Source of the DNA: Planctomycetia bacterium
Lineage (GTDB): Bacteria; Planctomycetota; MHYJ01; WSZJ01
Direction of reading: 5' to 3'
Assembly: GCA_020849035.1 (NCBI GenBank)
Contig: JADLHC010000114.1
Location: 4,923 to 68,922 of the forward strand
DNA: 64,000 bases
Made by a program: the position numbers and the translations under genes. How positions within the stretch are numbered: position 1 is the first letter of the stretch; each line of letters opens with the position of its first letter. The notes under the pieces were generated by a model that saw only the letters and a program-made list of their open reading frames with translations, was not told where the DNA came from and searched no databases. Positions 57,879 through 64,000 of this stretch are shown here, in pieces.

Positions 57879-58880
57879 CTAGGCCTCATACCGGAAGATC
57901 GAGTCGCCGACGCGGATGCGGTCGCCGGGGTTGAGCACCGTCGGCTCCGTGATGCGCGTGTCGTTCACGAACGTCCCGTTGCGGCTCTCGAGGTCGGTGA
58001 CGAAGTGGTGCCGCAGCTGCGGGTCGTAATCGACCTTGGCGTGCTCGCGGCTGGCGCGGTTGTCGTCGATCCGGAACGTGCACCCCGTCTGCCGGCCGAT
58101 GATGCCCGGGCCCGCGAGCGGGCAGACGCGCCCCTTGGGCTCCCCCGTTTCGAGGATCAGCCGCGCGGAAATGCGCCGCGTCGTGCCCTCCCCCGCGAAC
58201 GGAGAGCCGGGCGCCGTCGTCGGCCCGCGCGGGATCGCCGGGTTCGACGCCTCGACCGGCGTGTCCGCAGGGTGCGGGCTGGCGACGGTCGCCTCGGCCC
58301 TGGTGTCCTCGGGTCCCGCGGCCAGGTCGGGCGGCACGTCGAGCTGCCGCGCCATCTCGTCCACTTCCTGCAGCCGCTTCGTGTCGTACGGCACCGTCGG
58401 TTCCGCCGCGCGGCGGGCCGTGGCCCCGGCCTTCGCGGCCGCGCCGGGCGCCGCGGGATGAGCGCCGCCCGACTCGTAGGCCTTCATCAGCTCCTGGGAC
58501 CGCTCCGTGGTGAGGATTTCCGCCTCGACCATGATCTCCGTCAGCCGCCGCGGAATCGCCCGCTGCGCCGCAAACTCGTACTTCTGAGTGTCGATGCAGA
58601 TCCCGACTTCCTCTTCGCTCGCCATCCCGCGCTCCACGGCCAGCGCCCCGATCCGCCGCTCCTCCTCCAGCAGGTCCGTGTACTCCGCGGCCAGATGGAC
58701 CTTGTCCAGCTGCTCCTGCGTGAGCACCGACTCGCTCTGCGCGATCTCGAACAGCGACAGGCCCGCCCCGGCACGGCCGACTTCCTTCTGGCGCGCCTTG
58801 AGTTCCCCGATCTGGTCGGGGGTCAGGAAGAGCATTTTGCGCGCGAGTTTTTCGAACCTGTCGTCGGGAGGGGAGGACAT
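57879..58880 (-). CDS. FHA-domain protein
   Basis: ORF 57879..59072 trimmed to Met65 (ATG 58880). C-terminal FHA (IIGRQTGCTFRIDDNRASREHAKV...ESRNGTFVNDTRI...GDRIRVGDSIFRY). Confidence 0.8.
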   Translation of the reverse strand: MSSPPDDRFEKLARKMLFLTPDQIGELKARQKEVGRAGAGLSLFEIAQSESVLTQEQLDKVHLAAEYTDLLEEERRIGALAVERGMASEEEVGICIDTQKYEFAAQRAIPRRLTEIMVEAEILTTERSQELMKAYESGGAHPAAPGAAAKAGATARRAAEPTVPYDTKRLQEVDEMARQLDVPPDLAAGPEDTRAEATVASPHPADTPVEASNPAIPRGPTTAPGSPFAGEGTTRRISARLILETGEPKGRVCPLAGPGIIGRQTGCTFRIDDNRASREHAKVDYDPQLRHHFVTDLESRNGTFVNDTRITEPTVLNPGDRIRVGDSIFRYEA

Positions 58881-59089
58881 GGACGAGTGGTCTCCGAAGG
58901 CCTGAGCGGCGGATTCTAGCAAGGGCTGCGCGGAGCGGAAGCGGGAAACGGGTCGGCGTCGGCCCGCGCAGGCCGCACACAACCCCATGTCGCCACACAT
59001 GTTATGACTCACTCTGAATTCGCGCGAATTCTCCGGATTCCTGCAGCAGAATCCCGCCGCAGTGTCATTCATGGTCAGCGGGGGAACCG

Positions 59090-59611
59090 ATGAGCCGGAC
59101 CGACACCGCCCTGCTGGCGCTCAGGCGTTCAGGGGCGCCGGAGGGGTTCGAGGAAATCGTGCGGCGCTATGCCGACGCGCTGTTCCGGACCTGCGCGCGC
59201 CGGTTGCGTGACCGCCAGCTTGCGGAGGACGCGGTGCAGGAGACGTTCCTGAGGGCCTGGAGGGGAAGCGCGACGGTCGCGCCGCCGGAGGTGGCGGGGT
59301 GGCTGTTCGGAATCGCGCGGCACGTCTGCCAGGAGTCCGCCCGGCGGCGCCGGCGCGCCGCCGAGGGCGCTGCGCCCCTCGACGAGGAACGGACGCCGGC
59401 GGCGGCGGAGCCCGCTGCGGCCCTGGATCTCGGGATTGACGCCCTGGACGACTTCGAGCAGGCGCTCCTGCACCTCCGGCACGGCGAGGGGCTGACCTGC
59501 CGGGAGATTGCGGCGAAGCTGTCGAAGCCGGTCGGCACGGTGACGTCGGCGCTGTCGCGCGCCTACGCACGGCTGCGGAGCCGCCTCGCGGCGGCGGGGA
59601 GGGCCGAATGA
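59090..59611 (+). CDS. ECF-type RNA polymerase sigma factor
   Basis: ORF 59090..59611. Region 2 (AEDAVQETFLRAWR) and region 4 HTH (LTCREIAAKLSKPVGTVTSALSRAYARLR). Confidence 0.9.
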   Translation: MSRTDTALLALRRSGAPEGFEEIVRRYADALFRTCARRLRDRQLAEDAVQETFLRAWRGSATVAPPEVAGWLFGIARHVCQESARRRRRAAEGAAPLDEERTPAAAEPAAALDLGIDALDDFEQALLHLRHGEGLTCREIAAKLSKPVGTVTSALSRAYARLRSRLAAAGRAE

Positions 59612-62571
59612 GCTGCCGCGATTTCGAGAACGACTTCGAGCTGTACGTGCAGGGCGACCTGGAGGAGGGACGCGCGACGGCGATCCGCGCCCACCTGGCG
59701 GGGTGCCCGGCGTGCGAGGAGCGGCGCCGGGCGGCGGAGCGGCTGGTCGCCGACCTGAACGCATCGCTGGCGACGTGGGCGCCGCCGGCCGGATTCGCCG
59801 CGGCGCAGGCGTCGCGGCGCCCGGATGCCGCCGGGGGACGGCGGCCCGGGCTGCGCGCGGCCCTCCTGCTGGCGGCCGCCGCGCTGGTCGCCGTCACGGT
59901 CGCCGTGGCCCGGAAGTTCCCCTCCCCCGTCGGCGCTCCCCCGGTGCTGGAGTCCGCCTCCGTCGTCCCCTCCTCCGGCGCGAAGTTCGCCGTCCTCTCG
60001 CCGCGCCGCGTCCGGCTCGACGCCGGCACGCTCGCCTGCTCCGTCCGGCCCTCCCGCGAACCCTTCTCCGTCGAAACCCCGGCGGGCGTCGCGACCGCCC
60101 TGGGAACGCAGTTCTACATTTCCGTCCAACCTGTCGAGGATCCGTCCATGAACGCCAAACGCCTGGCGACGGCCGTCGTCGTCGCGACGGGCACCGTCCA
60201 GCTGGTCAACGGGTTCGGCTCGGCCGCCGCAGGGCGCGGCGAGCGCGTCTACGCCGAGGAAACGTCCGCCCCGACCAGGCAGGTCGCCGACCTGCAGGCG
60301 CGGTTCGGCGCAGCCTGGAAGCCCGTCGACTCGCGCCAGAAGCCCTCGATCCCCGCGTACACCCTTCCCCTGTCCCCCGGGACGCTGTCGAACGCCGCCC
60401 GGTTCGCCGCGCAACTGGGGCTGGACCCGAAGGACCCGCGCCTGCTCGCCAACGGGTTCGTGGTGATGCCGATGCCTCCGCTCCGGGACGAGCACGGCGG
60501 GGTGGTGAAGAAGGACGACCTCCCGGGCGCCTACAAGGGACTGCGGGAGGCCGGGATCCCCGTCTTCGTCACGTCGGACACGCTGCTGCACCTCTTCCAC
60601 GTCCAGTTCGACGAGGCGCTGAAGGACCTCGAGGAGCGCGAGTTCCTGCCGGACGTGACGGCGCTCGCGGAGATGCTGGAGCGCCGGCTCGGCGCGCAGG
60701 CCGCGGCGGCGAAGGACCCCGTGTCGCGCGAGGGGCTCCGCAAGGCGTGGACCTTCGCGGCAGTGGGGCTCGCCGCCCTCCGCCCGGATTTCGCACCGGC
60801 CGAGCCGATCCGCGCCGAGGTGGAGAGGGTCGCGGGACTGATGAACCGTCACGAGGGGTTCTGGCCGGACCCCGGCTCGGCGCACGAGCAGTGGAGCCTC
60901 TTCCGGTACGCCGAGGATTTCTCCCAGTACGTCCCGCGCGGGCACTACACGCGGAGCGAGGGGCTGAAGCGGTACTTCGTCGCGATGATGTGGTTCGGTC
61001 GGATGACGTTCCTGCTGAAGGGAGGGGATCCGCACGGGCCGACGGAGGGGGAGCCGTTCCTGGTGTCGGCGGAGGAGGCGGCGGCGCAGACGGTGGCGGC
61101 GGCGGCGATGACGCGGCTGCTCGCGACGGAGACGCTGGCGGACGGGCGCCGCGCGGCGGAGGTCTGGGAGAGGATCTACGCGGTGACGGCGTACTTTGCG
61201 GGGCTCTCGGACGACCTCGGGCTGCCCCATTACGCCGCGGCGCTGGGCCAGGTGCTGAAGGCGACGGACGACGTGGCGGCGCTGGCCGACCCCGGGCGGA
61301 TGGCGGCGTTCCGGGCCGAGCTGGCGAAGTTCCGGGGGCCCGCGATCTACGGCGGGACGGGCGGGCAGACGGCCGGCGGGGAGAGCCCGGACAACCTCGA
61401 GACCGCGCTGGCGAAGACCGCCGGGTTCCGGCTCATGGGCCAGCGCTTCGTCCCGGACTCCTACATCCTCGGCCGCCTGGTGTTCCCCGCGGTCGGGGGA
61501 GCGTCGGGAAGGCGGACCGACATGTTCACGTGCGTGGAGACCGCGTTCGGCCCGGTGCGCGGGTTCCCGCGCGGTCTGGACGTCCTCGCGGTGATGGGTT
61601 CGGCGCGGGCCAGGGAGATCCTGGCGGCGCTCGGGGACGACGCCTATGGGCGCAATGCCTCGGGGACCGACGTAACCTACGAAGCGGCGCTGGCCGGGCT
61701 GCGCGCGGAGTTCGCAGGCCTGTCGGCGGCGGACTGGAACCGGAACCTGTACTGGTCGTGGCTGTACGCGCTTCAGGCCCTGCTCGAACCGCGCGCGGCC
61801 GGGTACCCGACGTTCATGACGACGCAGGCCTGGCAGGACAAGTCGGTGACGACGGCGCTGGCGTCCTGGGCGCAGTTGCGGCACGACACGATCCTGTACG
61901 CGAAGCAGAGCTACACGGAGGCGAAGGGGGAGGACGCGCCGCCGAAGCCGGTCCCGGGGTACGTGGAGCCGTGCGTGGAGTTCTACGGGAGGATGCTGGC
62001 GACGGTCCGGATGATGAAGGCGGGCCTGGGAGAGATGAAGGCGCTGACCGCGCAGGCGGCCGAGCGGCTGGACGGGCTGGAGAAAATCCTGGTCCGGCTG
62101 CACGCGATTGCCGAAGCGGAGCTCGCCGACCGGGAGCTGTCCGAGGAGGACGCGGCGTTCGTCCGCAACTTCGCCGACGAGCTCTCGGGAATCCAGGTGA
62201 GGTACCCGGAGCTCGAAGCCGCGTACAAGAAGGCCGTCGATGCGGGTGACTGGGACCGGGCGCGCGAGATCCGCGAGCAGCTCGATCCTGCGCGCTCGAT
62301 GAGCACGGCGCTCGTTGCCGACGTGCACACGGACCAGAACTCCGGGAAGGTGCTCGAGGAGGCGACCGGGCACCTGGACCTGGCCGTCGTATGCGTCCGG
62401 CTTCCGGACGGGACCCTGACGCTCGCCGCGGGCCCGGTGCTCTCCTACTACGAGTTCAAGCAGCCGATGAAGGACCGCCTGACCGACGAGGCGTGGAGGG
62501 AGATGCTCGCGAAGGGGCGCGCTCCTGCGCGGCCGGAGTGGACTTCGAGCTACGTGAACGACGCCCGATAG
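59608..62571 (+). CDS. Anti-sigma factor (zf-HC2) / TM / FecR-like / DUF3160 fusion protein (987 aa)
   Basis: ORF 59608..62571, ATGA overlap with the sigma gene. HLAGCPAC (H-x3-C-x2-C), TM LLLAAAALVAVTVAVA, FecR-like VRLDAGTLACSV...TALGTQFYISV. About 700 aa follow, resembling DUF3160 (PVFVTSDTLLHLFHVQFDEALK). Confidence 0.85.
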   Translation: MSCRDFENDFELYVQGDLEEGRATAIRAHLAGCPACEERRRAAERLVADLNASLATWAPPAGFAAAQASRRPDAAGGRRPGLRAALLLAAAALVAVTVAVARKFPSPVGAPPVLESASVVPSSGAKFAVLSPRRVRLDAGTLACSVRPSREPFSVETPAGVATALGTQFYISVQPVEDPSMNAKRLATAVVVATGTVQLVNGFGSAAAGRGERVYAEETSAPTRQVADLQARFGAAWKPVDSRQKPSIPAYTLPLSPGTLSNAARFAAQLGLDPKDPRLLANGFVVMPMPPLRDEHGGVVKKDDLPGAYKGLREAGIPVFVTSDTLLHLFHVQFDEALKDLEEREFLPDVTALAEMLERRLGAQAAAAKDPVSREGLRKAWTFAAVGLAALRPDFAPAEPIRAEVERVAGLMNRHEGFWPDPGSAHEQWSLFRYAEDFSQYVPRGHYTRSEGLKRYFVAMMWFGRMTFLLKGGDPHGPTEGEPFLVSAEEAAAQTVAAAAMTRLLATETLADGRRAAEVWERIYAVTAYFAGLSDDLGLPHYAAALGQVLKATDDVAALADPGRMAAFRAELAKFRGPAIYGGTGGQTAGGESPDNLETALAKTAGFRLMGQRFVPDSYILGRLVFPAVGGASGRRTDMFTCVETAFGPVRGFPRGLDVLAVMGSARAREILAALGDDAYGRNASGTDVTYEAALAGLRAEFAGLSAADWNRNLYWSWLYALQALLEPRAAGYPTFMTTQAWQDKSVTTALASWAQLRHDTILYAKQSYTEAKGEDAPPKPVPGYVEPCVEFYGRMLATVRMMKAGLGEMKALTAQAAERLDGLEKILVRLHAIAEAELADRELSEEDAAFVRNFADELSGIQVRYPELEAAYKKAVDAGDWDRAREIREQLDPARSMSTALVADVHTDQNSGKVLEEATGHLDLAVVCVRLPDGTLTLAAGPVLSYYEFKQPMKDRLTDEAWREMLAKGRAPARPEWTSSYVNDAR

Positions 62572-62579
62572 CGTGACGG

Positions 62580-62608
62580 GCGGCCGGCGCCCCCCCGGCG
62601 CCGGCCGC
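62580..62608 (+). terminator. GC hairpin after the anti-sigma gene
   Basis: GCGGCCGGCGCC-CCCCC-GGCGCCGGCCGC, 12-bp perfect stem, followed by TTCGTCG. Confidence 0.6.
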
Positions 62609-62635
62609 TTCGTCGCCCGCGGCTACAATCGTCGT

Positions 62636-64000
62636 GTGACCGCGAAGACGATCCTGTCGTGGGACGAGGCCTTCCGCGCGGGACCGCGATGCGCGGGGGG
62701 CAAGGGGTGGAACCTCGGCCGGCTCGTGCGCTACGGCTTTCCCGTGCCGGACGGGTTCGTGGTCACGGCCGACGCCTATCGCGAAGCGCTCGCCTCCGGC
62801 GCACTGCGCCGGCTCGCCGCGGAGTTCGCGGGGGTCGGGGCGGCCGAGGCCGCGACCGCCGCGACGGCCGGACGCCTCGAGATGCTGCGGCGCACGATCG
62901 AGGCGGCACCCCTGGATCCGGAGCTGGCCGGGGGGCTCCGGGAGGCGCTGGCGGCGGCGGGCCTGTCCGGCGAAGCGGTCGCGGTGCGGTCCAGCGCGAC
63001 CGCGGAGGACGGCGGGTCCGCGTCGTTCGCGGGCGTCCACCGATCCGTCCTCGACGTGCGGGGGCCCGACGCCGTGCTCCGCGCCGTCCGCGAGGTCTGG
63101 GCCTCGATCTGGACGCCGCAGGCGCTCGCCTACCGGCGGCGCTTCCTCATTGCCGACGCCGACTGCGCGTGCGCGGTCGTCGTCTGCCGGATGGTCGCCG
63201 CGAAGGCGGCCGGGGTCGCGTTCACGTGCGACCCTCGGACCGGCCGGCGGGACGTGATCGCGATCAGCGCGGCGCGCGGCGGCGGCGAGGCCGTCGTCAG
63301 CGGCGCCGTGAACCCGGAGGAGACGGCGGTCGTGCTCACGCCCACGGGGCTCGAGGTCCGGTCGCGCACCGGCCCGCCGGCGCTCCCGGAAACGGAGGCC
63401 CTCGCCCTCGCCCGCCTCGCCCACCGCGTCGCCTGGGCGCTCGGCGACGGGCAGGACCCGCAGGACATCGAATGGGCCCACGACGGAAGCCGCTTCCACA
63501 TCCTCCAGGCCCGCCCCGTCACGCGCGCCCCGCGCGTCACGCTCCCCGGCAGCGCGCACCACCCCCCCGGCTGGTCGAACGCCAACATCCGCGATGCGGT
63601 GCCGTTCGTGATGACGGCCATGACCTGGTCGTGCGTCCTCAACGCGCTGCGGTTCATGATCTGGGCCCCCGCGCGCGCCGTCGGCTATCCCGTCCCCGAC
63701 GGCATGGAGGTCGTCCGCCGGTTCCACGGCCGCGGCTACTTCGAGGTCACTTCCCTGCAGTGGGGCTTCTACGACTGCTTCGGCTCCCCTCCCGCCGAGG
63801 TCAACCGCAGCATGGGCGGCCACCACGAGCCGCTCGCCGTGCCCCCGGGGAACCCCTTCGCGGGACGCAGGGGCCGCGGCCGCCTCTGGAGGTTGCTGAA
63901 GGCGATGCGCCTGCTGCTGCGGATGCCGAAGACCGTCCCCGTCGAGATCGAGCGCGTCTTCCGCCAGGCCCGCGAGCTGCTGGCGCTCGACTGGCCGTCC
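62636..64000 (+). CDS. PEP/pyruvate-binding (PPDK_N) domain protein, PEP synthase/phosphotransferase-like (3' end beyond window)
   Basis: Not in the ORF track (runs off the edge). My translation from GTG 62636: VTAKTILSWDEAFRAGPRCAGGKGWNLGRLVRYGFPVPDGFVVTADAY...VRSSATAEDGGSASFAGVH...DIEWAHDGSRFHILQARPVT. TACAAT lies 6 nt upstream of the GTG. Confidence 0.8.
   Translation, partial: MTAKTILSWDEAFRAGPRCAGGKGWNLGRLVRYGFPVPDGFVVTADAYREALASGALRRLAAEFAGVGAAEAATAATAGRLEMLRRTIEAAPLDPELAGGLREALAAAGLSGEAVAVRSSATAEDGGSASFAGVHRSVLDVRGPDAVLRAVREVWASIWTPQALAYRRRFLIADADCACAVVVCRMVAAKAAGVAFTCDPRTGRRDVIAISAARGGGEAVVSGAVNPEETAVVLTPTGLEVRSRTGPPALPETEALALARLAHRVAWALGDGQDPQDIEWAHDGSRFHILQARPVTRAPRVTLPGSAHHPPGWSNANIRDAVPFVMTAMTWSCVLNALRFMIWAPARAVGYPVPDGMEVVRRFHGRGYFEVTSLQWGFYDCFGSPPAEVNRSMGGHHEPLAVPPGNPFAGRRGRGRLWRLLKAMRLLLRMPKTVPVEIERVFRQARELLALDWPS

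Overview
About 70% GC chromosomal DNA from a diderm bacterium. The DUF1570 lipoprotein and the fused MFS/spermidine-synthase protein hint at a Planctomycetota-like lineage, but taxonomy cannot be fixed from this window. I support about 56 protein genes, one tRNA-Met(CAU), and no rRNA, CRISPR array, transposase or integrase. Most long ORFs in the track are Arg/Pro/Gly/Ala-rich shadow frames of real genes. Housekeeping genes include gatCAB, topA, bioD, rsmI, msrB, a phosphohexomutase and livJHMGF. Notable blocks: (1) a fur / tandem-P19-like lipoprotein / FTR1 permease / membrane cytochrome c operon behind a hexamer array built like a GC-shifted Fur box. (2) An Rrf2 regulator plus a Tat-exported type II DMSO-reductase-family alpha-beta-gamma-delta operon resembling periplasmic nitrite oxidoreductase, with a C-x3-D-x3-C FS0 motif. 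(3) A family of intergenic hairpins built from tandem 7-nt units (RGTGG-NN and complement), several sitting inside operons. One has 21+8 units and splits livG from livF. (4) LivH and LivM each carry a large extra domain. (5) An ECF sigma with an anti-sigma/FecR/DUF3160 fusion. (6) Two orphan B12-type radical SAM enzymes. (7) A ChrB-like gene interrupted by an in-frame TAG. All family assignments come from motif recognition by eye and need HMM/BLAST confirmation.
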